DNA from: Candidatus Woesebacteria bacterium GW2011_GWA1_39_21
GTDB taxonomy: Bacteria; Patescibacteriota; Microgenomatia; UBA8517
DNA: 64,000 nt
Assembly (NCBI GenBank): GCA_000993685.1
Contig: LBWP01000003.1
Span: forward strand, 6,196 to 70,195
Direction: 5' to 3'
Shown: piece by piece, positions 19,739 to 28,696 of the stretch
Layout of the letters: every line of letters starts with the position of its first letter
Numbering within the stretch: position 1 is the first letter of the stretch
Notes under the pieces: generated by a model
What the model saw: the letters and a program-made list of their open reading frames with translations, nothing else
What the model was told of the DNA's origin: nothing
The model's database searches: none
Made by a program: the position numbers and the translations under genes

Positions 19739-21074
19739 TCAAATTAATAAATACTTAGTGGCAGCTCTGATACTTACGATTCCGTTATATCAGAAATTTC
19801 CCTTTATTGGCGTTCCCGGAACTTTTGTATCAATAAGGATGGAAGATTTTCTGGTTCTGCTTTCGGTTACCGTTTTTATTATTATCAACTTTAAAAATGT
19901 TGTCAGATATGCAGAAAACCCGATTTTTAAGTCTGTGTTTTTGTTTTTCGCTCTTGCGTCCTTTTCACTGTTGTCTGCTATATTGATTACTAAAACAATT
20001 AGCCCAACAATTGGCGTTATACATCTCATCAGACGTGTCGAGTACATGAGCATGTTGTTTATTGGTTATTCCGCGATTTTTAACAATCGTAATAACCTTT
20101 CTTTTTACGTTAAATTAATATTAATCGTCGTCTTTTTATCTTTCACATACGGCTTGGGGCAACGCTACTTTGAATGGCCAATTATTATCACCCAAAACGA
20201 GGAATACTCCAAAGGAATTGCGTTGAGATTTGTGGAAGGTGGTCACATTAACTCAACGTTTGCCGGACATTACGACCTAGCAACTTACTTGGTAATGGTC
20301 ATGCCTTTGATTTTGAACATCTTCTTCTTTATTAAAAGGGGAGTTGGGAAATATATATTTTTTGTTGCCTATCTTTGCGGATTGTGGTTGTTGGTTAATT
20401 CGGCCTCGCGGATAGCGATGGTGTCGCTTCTGCTTTCTGCAAGCCTTGCACTTCTATTGACGAAAAAGTTTGTTAAAGCGATTCCGATTTTGATCTTAAG
20501 CATATTATTTATTGGATTTTCATCAAATTTGATTGTTAGGTACGAAAGACTGTTTACGATTGTCGGCGATGAAGCAAAACGTATTTTCAGCTACCAGATC
20601 ACGTCTGTGTATGCCCAGGGTGAAGATGGTCTAGAGAGGCGCGAAAGTGCACTACCAACACCAACTCCACTTCCTATATTTGAGGACAGATCGACATCGA
20701 TTAGATTAAATGTCGAGTGGCCGAGGGCAATTAGGGCGTTTGTCAAAAACCCGCTTTACGGAACTGGATATTCATCAATTACTTTGGCAACCGACAATGA
20801 TTATCTGCGGGCTTTAGGGGAAACGGGTCTATTGGGTTTCATTTCGTTTGCACTTGTAATTGCATGGCTTGTACTTAATTTTATAAAGATTTATCGAGAG
20901 AGTTTCGGATTTGAAAAAGTTTTTTTGAGCGGAATTTTCGGATCTTTGTTTGGAGTTTTGTTAAATGCGATGTTTATTGACGTTTTTGAAGCATCCAAAA
21001 TTGCACTTTCATTTTGGTTATTTATGGGAATGGCTCTGGCATTGAAGGTGAAAAAATATGAGAAAACTATTTAG
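19713..21074 (+). CDS. O-antigen ligase / Wzy-like polymerase family membrane protein.
   Basis: Polytopic protein with a large loop reading GTGYSSITLATDNDYLRALGETGLLGFISFALVIAWLVL. This resembles the O-antigen ligase (Wzy_C) signature, from memory. The start is moved to the internal ATG at 19713 to avoid an 85-nt overlap with the upstream GT2 gene. Confidence 0.5.
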   Translation: MQKLSNKFNQINKYLVAALILTIPLYQKFPFIGVPGTFVSIRMEDFLVLLSVTVFIIINFKNVVRYAENPIFKSVFLFFALASFSLLSAILITKTISPTIGVIHLIRRVEYMSMLFIGYSAIFNNRNNLSFYVKLILIVVFLSFTYGLGQRYFEWPIIITQNEEYSKGIALRFVEGGHINSTFAGHYDLATYLVMVMPLILNIFFFIKRGVGKYIFFVAYLCGLWLLVNSASRIAMVSLLLSASLALLLTKKFVKAIPILILSILFIGFSSNLIVRYERLFTIVGDEAKRIFSYQITSVYAQGEDGLERRESALPTPTPLPIFEDRSTSIRLNVEWPRAIRAFVKNPLYGTGYSSITLATDNDYLRALGETGLLGFISFALVIAWLVLNFIKIYRESFGFEKVFLSGIFGSLFGVLLNAMFIDVFEASKIALSFWLFMGMALALKVKKYEKTI

Positions 21075-22485
21075 GTTTTTACTAAAAGAAAAGGTGCTTC
21101 TTGTTGCGATTCTTATTGTTGGGTTTATTGTGCGTTTGTACAAGATTAATTCTCCAATTGCGGATTGGCATTCCTTCAGGCAAGCGGACACTGCGGCGGT
21201 TGCGAGAGTCTATTTAGAAAAAGGGATAAATCTTTTGGAACCAACGTACTACGATATTTCCAGAGTGCAAAGTGGGCATTTCAATCCGATTGGCTACCGT
21301 TTTGTCGAGTTTCCAATTTACCAGCTTTTACATGTTGAATTTTATCGAGTGTTACCCTTGTTTTCTTTTGAAGAAATAGGGAGAATGTTATCGGCCGTTT
21401 TTGCAGTAGTTACAGCATACTTTTTATTTCAAATCGCAAAACTGATTTTTGGGAAATATATTGGATTACTGACTGCTTTTATATACTTAATTCTTCCCTT
21501 TAATATATATTTTACGCGTGTAATTTTACCAGAGCCACTTTCGGTCATGCTGGGGGTTGTCGCTTTGTGGTTTTTTCTAAGGTATGAAAAGAGCAATCGT
21601 TTAAGTTTTCTTGTCTTGTATAGTATTTGTATGTCAGCAGCACTTTTAGTCAAACCTTATTTAGTTTTTTATAACTTTTATCCTTTATATTTCTTTCTGA
21701 AAAAATATCGGCTTAAAAAACTGTTTTTGAACAGGGAGACATTAATTGTTTCCATAATTGTTCTTGTTCCATTCATACTTTGGCGCATATGGATTTCACG
21801 CCATCCGGAGGGGATACCTTTCTGGAATTGGACCTTCAATGGCGATGGTGTGCGCTTTAAGCCAGCTTTCTGGTATTGGATATTTGGAGAACGTATTGGC
21901 AAGCTTATTTTAGGCATTTGGGGAATTTATCCATTCCTGCTTGGTCTTGCAAAAGTTAGGAAAAACGCATTTGTTGTCTCAATGCTTGTGGGATCACTAA
22001 CATATCTTTGTGTCGTTTCCACAGCAAACGTCCGACACGATTATTATCAAACGTTGATCATTCCCTCCATTGCACCGGTTGTTGCCATTGGTTTTGGAGA
22101 AATGATAAATTCCGCGAAAAAGAAATTAACAGAATTGGGTTTTCCACTTGTGATATTTCTGCTTATGATTCTGATATCCGCCTTTCAAGTAAAAGAGTAT
22201 TACAAAATCGATCACCCAGAAATTATCGAAGCCGGGGAGGCTGTCCAACAATTGACGCCACCCGATGCTTTAGTTATTGCCAGTTACAACGGCGATACGG
22301 CATTTTTGTACCAAACAAATAGGAAAGGTTGGCCAGTTGTAGAGCTTCCGATTGACGAGTTGATTAATGAAGGCGCTTCTTATTATGCCTCCGTAAATCT
22401 TAATGATGCGCAGACGATTGAATTTATGAAAAGATTTCAAATTTTGAAAAGGACAAACAACTATGTCGTACTTAAACTAAAATAG
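21058..22485 (+). CDS. Polytopic membrane protein, a putative GT-C-like glycosyltransferase.
   Basis: 475 aa. N-terminal TM, then the loop ADWHSFRQADTAAVARVY, then about 10 TM helices and a C-terminal soluble domain. It is ArnT/PMT-like in architecture only. Confidence 0.4.
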   Translation: MRKLFRFLLKEKVLLVAILIVGFIVRLYKINSPIADWHSFRQADTAAVARVYLEKGINLLEPTYYDISRVQSGHFNPIGYRFVEFPIYQLLHVEFYRVLPLFSFEEIGRMLSAVFAVVTAYFLFQIAKLIFGKYIGLLTAFIYLILPFNIYFTRVILPEPLSVMLGVVALWFFLRYEKSNRLSFLVLYSICMSAALLVKPYLVFYNFYPLYFFLKKYRLKKLFLNRETLIVSIIVLVPFILWRIWISRHPEGIPFWNWTFNGDGVRFKPAFWYWIFGERIGKLILGIWGIYPFLLGLAKVRKNAFVVSMLVGSLTYLCVVSTANVRHDYYQTLIIPSIAPVVAIGFGEMINSAKKKLTELGFPLVIFLLMILISAFQVKEYYKIDHPEIIEAGEAVQQLTPPDALVIASYNGDTAFLYQTNRKGWPVVELPIDELINEGASYYASVNLNDAQTIEFMKRFQILKRTNNYVVLKLK

Positions 22486-22488
22486 AAG

Positions 22489-23697
22489 ATGAAAATTTTA
22501 ATGCTTGTTCCCTACTTACCGACGATCACGATGAGTGGCGGGCAAACACGCTGGTACAATATCATAAAGTATTTAGCAAAAAAACATGAAATTACCCTCT
22601 TTTCCCTGATTAAAGACGAATCTGAAAGAGAGTTAGTTCCTGAACTTTTGAAGTATTGTAAAAAGGTTAAAGTTTTTAAACGTCCACAAAAACCTTGGAC
22701 GATTAGAAACATTCTTTTATCTGTTTTGGGGCCTTTTCCACTCCTTGTTGTTCGCAATTGGTCGTTTGATGAAATGAGATCGCTTCAAAGAGAGTTAGTT
22801 ATGGAAAAGTATGACCTGATTCACACAGAGACTTTTTATGTTATGCCGCATTTGGGAAAAACGAAAGTGCCGGTTATTCAGGTGGAACAGACTATTTGGC
22901 ATGAAGTATATAAACATCACGTGGAGAGTGAAATACCGTTTTTTTTACGACCGTTGTTCCTTATTGATGTCGCAAAAATTATTTTTTGGGAAAAGTTTTA
23001 CTGGAAGAAGGCAGATAGATTATTCGCTGTCTCGGAAGAGGACCGTGATCTTATGAAAAATCTTCTACCCGATAAGAAAATTGGAATCATCCCCAATGGG
23101 GTGGACAGTAAATATTACACAAGTTCGAAAATAAAAAGACATGACCCACCACGAGTTTTGTATGGTGTTTCTAATTTTGAGTGGTTGCAAAACCAGGAGG
23201 CAGTAAAACTTTTATTGGATGAAATCTGGCCACAGATTAGAAAAATATATAAGGCTCCACTTAAGCTATGGATTGTTGGGAGGAAAATGCCGGAGTGGAT
23301 TAAAAACAGCGCGCGCCAAAACAGTGACGTATTCATTACCGAAAATATTAAAGACGCAAGAGACGCATATGCTTCTGCGACAATTATGATAACGCCAATA
23401 AAAGGAGGCGGTGGAACCAGGATAAAAATTCTGGAGGCAATGGCTGCTGGATTACCGGTTGTTTCTACAAGTATTGGGATTGCTGGACTCAAAGTTGAAA
23501 ACGGCAAAAATGTATTAATTGCTGACACTTCTGAAGACATCGCCGAAAACGCGGTAAAACTACTTAACGACGAGAATCTCTTGAGAAAAATCGGTAAGAA
23601 TGGCCAACTTCATGTTGAAAAATACTTTGACTGGAAATCGATTGTCATGATGCACGAACCGGTATATAGGGACCTGATTAGTATCAAAAATGATTAA
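22489..23697 (+). CDS. GT4 family glycosyltransferase (GT-B fold).
   Basis: GGGTRIKILEAMAAGLPVVSTSIGIAGL. Confidence 0.65.
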   Translation: MKILMLVPYLPTITMSGGQTRWYNIIKYLAKKHEITLFSLIKDESERELVPELLKYCKKVKVFKRPQKPWTIRNILLSVLGPFPLLVVRNWSFDEMRSLQRELVMEKYDLIHTETFYVMPHLGKTKVPVIQVEQTIWHEVYKHHVESEIPFFLRPLFLIDVAKIIFWEKFYWKKADRLFAVSEEDRDLMKNLLPDKKIGIIPNGVDSKYYTSSKIKRHDPPRVLYGVSNFEWLQNQEAVKLLLDEIWPQIRKIYKAPLKLWIVGRKMPEWIKNSARQNSDVFITENIKDARDAYASATIMITPIKGGGGTRIKILEAMAAGLPVVSTSIGIAGLKVENGKNVLIADTSEDIAENAVKLLNDENLLRKIGKNGQLHVEKYFDWKSIVMMHEPVYRDLISIKND

Positions 23698-24592
23698 AAA
23701 ACAGTTGGCGATTGTCGTCCTCAATTACAATACACGCGACCTACTTGATGGATGTTTGACTTCACTTAAAGCTCTCGTAAACGAACTTTTGTTTGAGGTG
23801 ATTGTTGTTGATAACGGTTCAACCGACGACTCTGTAGAGATGGTTAAAGAAAAATATCGTTGGGTCAAACTGCTTGAAACCGGGGGAAATCTTGGATTTG
23901 CCCGTGGTAATAACGCAGCCAGAAAAGTTATCAAAAACGATTATATTTTATTTTTGAATTCGGACACGTTAGTTGGCCGTGGTGTGCTAGTAAAGTGCCT
24001 AAAATACCTAAAAGATAACAATTTAGGAGCGCTGACCTGTAAGCTCCTTCTCGAAGACGGTTCTTTAGACCCGGACTGCCGAAGATCGTTTATCACGCCG
24101 TGGATTGGCCTTTCGCACCTGTTTTTGAAATTGGACAGAATCTTTCCCAGGTCGAAATTGTTTGCGAAGTACTGGTACGGATACCTGTCGCAGGATTTAA
24201 TCCATGAGGTCAATGCAATACAGGGTGCGTTTTTTTTAACGTCGAAAACAGTTTTGGATGAAGTAGGGTGGTTTGACGAGGACTATTTTTTGGATGGTGA
24301 AGACATTGACTTGTCATGGAAGATTAAAAGCCACGGTTATAAAATTGTCTATTATCCAGAGGCCTCGATTACACATCTAAAAGGAGCAACTAAAGGTAAG
24401 AACCGTAAAGATAAAAAATACATCAGTTTTCAAGATAAATTAAAGTATAGATTGTCTGGGGTAAACTCGATGGAGATTTTCTATAGAAAGAGGCTTTGGA
24501 ATAACTATCCTACTTATCTGAATTATCTGGTCATTTTTGGCATCAAATTTCTTAAACTCATACGTACAGTGAAAATACTAATTTTCAAATGA
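23690..24592 (+). CDS. GT2 family glycosyltransferase.
   Basis: LAIVVLNYNTRDLLDGCL, VIVVDNGSTDDS, and NSDT. Confidence 0.65.
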   Translation: MIKKQLAIVVLNYNTRDLLDGCLTSLKALVNELLFEVIVVDNGSTDDSVEMVKEKYRWVKLLETGGNLGFARGNNAARKVIKNDYILFLNSDTLVGRGVLVKCLKYLKDNNLGALTCKLLLEDGSLDPDCRRSFITPWIGLSHLFLKLDRIFPRSKLFAKYWYGYLSQDLIHEVNAIQGAFFLTSKTVLDEVGWFDEDYFLDGEDIDLSWKIKSHGYKIVYYPEASITHLKGATKGKNRKDKKYISFQDKLKYRLSGVNSMEIFYRKRLWNNYPTYLNYLVIFGIKFLKLIRTVKILIFK

Positions 24593-25734
24593 GAATACTT
24601 ATTGACGCGAGAATGTATGGTTTGGAGCACACAGGGATTGGAAGATATCTTATTAATTTAATTGAGCAGCTTAAAAGAGAATCGTCGAATTCGATAGAAA
24701 CAAAACATCACTTTATTATTCTTTTAAGAAAAAAATATTTTGAGACGTTAACCTTTTCCAAAGGTTGGGAAAAAATTCTGGTAGATATCCCACATTATGG
24801 TATAAGGGAACAACTTTTACTTCCAGGCATAATTGAAAAACATAAACCTGATCTTGTTCATTTTCCACACATTAATGTCCCAATTTTTTATAAAGGCAGA
24901 TACGTTGTAACTGTACATGATATAACAATGCAAAAACAGGGGATCGCAGCGACTAAACTACCGCTTCCAATATATTTTCTCAAACGGCTGCCTTTTTTAT
25001 GTATCAGCAAGTTTGCTGTAAAAAACGCCAGTAAGATTATCGTACCTAGTAAAACTACAGCAACAAATGTTGCAAACTTTTATAACATGTCGATACAAAA
25101 AATCGTCGTGATTTATGAAGGTTTTGACGATCGGATTTCAATTGCGACAAAGTATTTAAACGAGATTGATGTTTTGTCAAAATATGATTTGCTCAACAAA
25201 GATTATTTTTTCTACGTTGGTAATGCATATCCACACAAAAATTTGCCGATTGTTATTAGGGCAGTGAAGGATCTTAACGAAAATAAAAATATGCACATTT
25301 TCTTTGTAATTGCGGGACTGAAAGACGACTTTCATCAACAACTGTCGGATTTTGTAAATGACTTGGGCGCAGGCGGGCATATAAAACTTGTGGGGTATGT
25401 TAAGGATGAAGAACTGGCAATTATTTACAGGAATTCAGTTGGATTTGTTTATCCATCGCTGTCGGAAGGTTTTGGTTTGCAGGGACTTGAAGCAATTTCT
25501 TCGGGAACCTTTCTGGTGTGTTCGAATATTGGCGTTTTTAAAGAAGTTTATGGGTTTCACGCATTTTATTTTGATCCGAAGAGTGTTGATTCTATTTCTG
25601 GAACACTCTATTCAATTTCCAATATGAGCAAAGTTGATAAGAATAAATACATTAGAGCTGCCCAGGCATATATTAAAAAATATTCCTGGAAAAGAATGGC
25701 TGAAGAGACACTGAAGGTCTATGAAGGCGTATGA
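24589..25734 (+). CDS. GT4 family glycosyltransferase (GT-B fold).
   Basis: YPSLSEGFGLQGLEAISSGTFLVCSNIGVFKEV. Confidence 0.65.
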   Translation: MRILIDARMYGLEHTGIGRYLINLIEQLKRESSNSIETKHHFIILLRKKYFETLTFSKGWEKILVDIPHYGIREQLLLPGIIEKHKPDLVHFPHINVPIFYKGRYVVTVHDITMQKQGIAATKLPLPIYFLKRLPFLCISKFAVKNASKIIVPSKTTATNVANFYNMSIQKIVVIYEGFDDRISIATKYLNEIDVLSKYDLLNKDYFFYVGNAYPHKNLPIVIRAVKDLNENKNMHIFFVIAGLKDDFHQQLSDFVNDLGAGGHIKLVGYVKDEELAIIYRNSVGFVYPSLSEGFGLQGLEAISSGTFLVCSNIGVFKEVYGFHAFYFDPKSVDSISGTLYSISNMSKVDKNKYIRAAQAYIKKYSWKRMAEETLKVYEGV

Positions 25735-26843
25735 AGACGGCAATTGTCTACGATCGGGTAAACAAGTTCGGTGGGGCAGAGCGTGTCCTTCTTGTTCTGC
25801 ATGAAATCTTTCCGAAAGCACCTTTGTATACATCAGTTTATTCTCCACAGAACGCAACTTGGGCGAAGGTTTTTCCTAAGGTATATACGAGTTTTTTAAA
25901 TAGGTTTCCCTTTTTGAGAAATAACCATGAAATTTTGAGTATTTTTATGCCTCTAGCTTTTGAGTCTTTCAATTTTGATGACTACGACTTGGTGATTTCG
26001 GTAAGTTCTGAAGCAGCAAAAGGAATTATTACTAAGCCAAAGACAAGACATCTATGTTATTGTTTAACTCCGACCCGTTATTTGTTTAGCGGTTTTTCGC
26101 AGTATAGAGACAATCCTCCCGGGGGACTAAAACTAATTCCTTTTTACAAAAACATCTCGAACCCATTTATTAGTTATCTGAAAAAATGGGACCAAATCGC
26201 TGCCGGAAGACCGGATGTGATGATTGCCATTTCGAAAGAGGTGCAAAACAGAATAAAAAAATATTATCACAGAGATAGCAAACTGATATTCCCACCTGTT
26301 GATGTAGTAAAATTTAGGAATAAATCGGATTTTAAACCAAAAGAGAAAAATTATTATTTGATTGTCAGTCGGCTTGAACCATATAAAAAAGTTGACTTGG
26401 CGATCGACGCTTTCGTAAAGCTAAAGAAGAATCTGGTTGTAATTGGTATTGGCAGTCAACTGGGAACTTATAAATCGAAGTACAAACAAAACAAAAACAT
26501 TTTATTTGAAGGTTTTGTTCCCGACGACGAACTGCCTGGGTATTACCAAAACGCCAGGGCATTTATTTTTCCCCAGGAAGAGGATTTTGGAATTACAGCA
26601 GTTGAGGCGCAGGCTTCTGGATCTTTGGTAATTGCGTATAAAAAAGGCGGTGCGTTGGATACAGTTGTTGATGGAATTACCGGCGTCTTTTTTGATAAGC
26701 AAGACGTGGAGAGTTTAATCACAGCTATTAAAAGACACGAAAGAACAAAATTTGATAAAAATATCCTCTGGAGAAACGCAAAAAAATTTGATTGCAAACG
26801 CTTTAAGAAAGAAATTGTAGACTTGTTGGAAATAAACGTTTAA
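25731..26843 (+). CDS. GT4 family glycosyltransferase (GT-B fold).
   Basis: FPQEEDFGITAVEAQASGSLVIAYKKGGALDTV. Confidence 0.65.
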   Translation: MKTAIVYDRVNKFGGAERVLLVLHEIFPKAPLYTSVYSPQNATWAKVFPKVYTSFLNRFPFLRNNHEILSIFMPLAFESFNFDDYDLVISVSSEAAKGIITKPKTRHLCYCLTPTRYLFSGFSQYRDNPPGGLKLIPFYKNISNPFISYLKKWDQIAAGRPDVMIAISKEVQNRIKKYYHRDSKLIFPPVDVVKFRNKSDFKPKEKNYYLIVSRLEPYKKVDLAIDAFVKLKKNLVVIGIGSQLGTYKSKYKQNKNILFEGFVPDDELPGYYQNARAFIFPQEEDFGITAVEAQASGSLVIAYKKGGALDTVVDGITGVFFDKQDVESLITAIKRHERTKFDKNILWRNAKKFDCKRFKKEIVDLLEINV

Positions 26844-26856
26844 TATTGGTATTACA

Positions 26857-27915
26857 ATGATACCAGTGATGATTTGTGGCGGTTTTGGTACAAAGATGTG
26901 GCCTTTAAGCCGTGAACATAAACCAAAACATTTTCTGCCGTTGATCGGCGAAAAATCTCTCTTTCAGCTGAACTACGAAACATTAAAAACACATTTTAAA
27001 CCAGAGGAAATTTACATTTCTACTAATGAAGATCAGTTCGAATTGGGAAAGTTGAATGTGCCCGAGATTCCGCCGGAGAATTATATTCTTGAACCTGAAA
27101 TGAGGAATCAAGGACCTGCAACAGGACTGGTAGCAGCGTTTTTATATAAGAAAGGTCTAATGGACGAACCTTTTATGCTCGTTCAAACCGACGTTATCAG
27201 AGAGCCTGCTGAGGCGTTTATAAAAATGATGTTGGATTGCGATGTGGTTGCGCGCAAAGAGAGTAAGTACTTAACCGGGGGAAAACGAACCGATTACCCT
27301 GCGATGGGAGTGGATTATCTTATAAAAGGTGAGAAAGTTTCGGACGAGGGGTCTGTTGGGATTTATAATGTGGCTAAGTTTGTCTGGAGAAGTACAAAGG
27401 AACAGACGGAAGAGCTTATTAAACAACAGGGGGCGTTGATACACACAAACCATACTTGTATGACTCCCAAAAACCTTTTGAGTATGTTGCAGAAGTATAA
27501 ACCGGAATGGTATGAACCTTTGATGAATTATGTCAACGGATCTGATTTGAGAATTGAGTATCAAAAAATGCCTCCAGGCCCGATTGAAGATGTAACCCAG
27601 CAAGTTCATGCAAATGGCGAGTCATTAGTTGTTGAGTTACCTTTCCAATGGTTTGATTTTGGAACGTTTGACAACTTGTACGAATATTTGAAATTAAGAG
27701 GTCTTTACAAAACACCGGAGAATGTTGTTGATTTAGACGGGCACGACAATTTTGTTCGTCTGGATGATGCAAATAAGGTTGTTGGAATTGTTGGAGTTGA
27801 CAACTTAGTTGTAGTCGATACTGGAGATGCACTACTTATTTGTGATAAGAAAATGGCGAGCCGTGTCAATGAAGTTTTGAAGGAGGTTAAGAATAGAAAT
27901 ATCGCGCTGACATAG
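26857..27915 (+). CDS. Sugar-1-phosphate nucleotidyltransferase (mannose-1-phosphate guanylyltransferase ManC-like N-terminal domain).
   Basis: MIPVMICGGFGTKMWPLSREHKPKHFLPLIGEKSLFQ matches the GGxGTRLWPLS nucleotide-binding loop of ManC/GMP-type enzymes. Confidence 0.55.
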   Translation: MIPVMICGGFGTKMWPLSREHKPKHFLPLIGEKSLFQLNYETLKTHFKPEEIYISTNEDQFELGKLNVPEIPPENYILEPEMRNQGPATGLVAAFLYKKGLMDEPFMLVQTDVIREPAEAFIKMMLDCDVVARKESKYLTGGKRTDYPAMGVDYLIKGEKVSDEGSVGIYNVAKFVWRSTKEQTEELIKQQGALIHTNHTCMTPKNLLSMLQKYKPEWYEPLMNYVNGSDLRIEYQKMPPGPIEDVTQQVHANGESLVVELPFQWFDFGTFDNLYEYLKLRGLYKTPENVVDLDGHDNFVRLDDANKVVGIVGVDNLVVVDTGDALLICDKKMASRVNEVLKEVKNRNIALT

Positions 27916-27953
27916 TCGGAATTTGAAAGCGATATATAAATCGTGGGCTGAGT

Positions 27954-28607
27954 ATGAATTACGAGGTAGCAAAGCGAATAATTGATGTAGTTGGCGCAGT
28001 AATTCTTCTTATCGTTTTTTCTCCAGTGATGTTGGCGGCAGCGATTGCAATAAAATTGACTTCACCAGGTCCGATATTTGTTGAAAAAGACAACTTGCAT
28101 ATGAGAAGACTTGGAAAAAACAGGAAGCTGTTTCGGCTTTTCAAATTTCGTTCAATGATGGTTAAGGCCGACGTTTTGGAAAAAACAGATCCTCGTTTTA
28201 AAAATGTCTATATGGAAAAAAGAAAAAGTGGAAATTACAAACCGGTAAACGATCCGCGAATTACTCCAGTCGGAAAATTTATTAGAAAACACTCGATTGA
28301 TGAGATGCCTCAACTGATTAATGTTTTAAGAGGGGAGATGAGTATTGTTGGCCCGCGTGCTTATCTTCCTGATGAACTCCAAGAACAACAAAAAAAATTC
28401 CCAGGTACACAGAAGTATGTTAAAGAGATGTTGACCGTGAAGCCTGGAATAACTGGGTTTTGGCAGGTCAATGGTAGAAGTGAGGTCAATTTTGACAAAA
28501 GGATTGAGATGGATGCATATTATGCTAGAAAGAAATCTATAGTTTTTGATGCTCTGATTATGCTCAAAACTCCAATGGTTATGGTTTCTGGGCGGGGAGC
28601 AGTCTAA
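27954..28607 (+). CDS. Small monotopic polyprenyl-phosphate phosphoglycosyltransferase (bacterial sugar transferase, PglC/WbaP C-terminal-domain type), the priming enzyme.
   Basis: One N-terminal helix (VVGAVILLIVFSPVMLAAAIAIKL), then KFRSM, PRITPVGKFIRKHSIDEMPQLINVLRGEMSIVGPRA. This is the canonical Bac_transf signature. Confidence 0.7.
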   Translation: MNYEVAKRIIDVVGAVILLIVFSPVMLAAAIAIKLTSPGPIFVEKDNLHMRRLGKNRKLFRLFKFRSMMVKADVLEKTDPRFKNVYMEKRKSGNYKPVNDPRITPVGKFIRKHSIDEMPQLINVLRGEMSIVGPRAYLPDELQEQQKKFPGTQKYVKEMLTVKPGITGFWQVNGRSEVNFDKRIEMDAYYARKKSIVFDALIMLKTPMVMVSGRGAV

Positions 28608-28696
28608 TTACAAAATATTTTAAGTGCCGTTAGTGGTAGTTAACTTACTGTTGCGTGCTTCTTTTATAAGTTCTTGTTTTTGTGTAACATAAAAAG

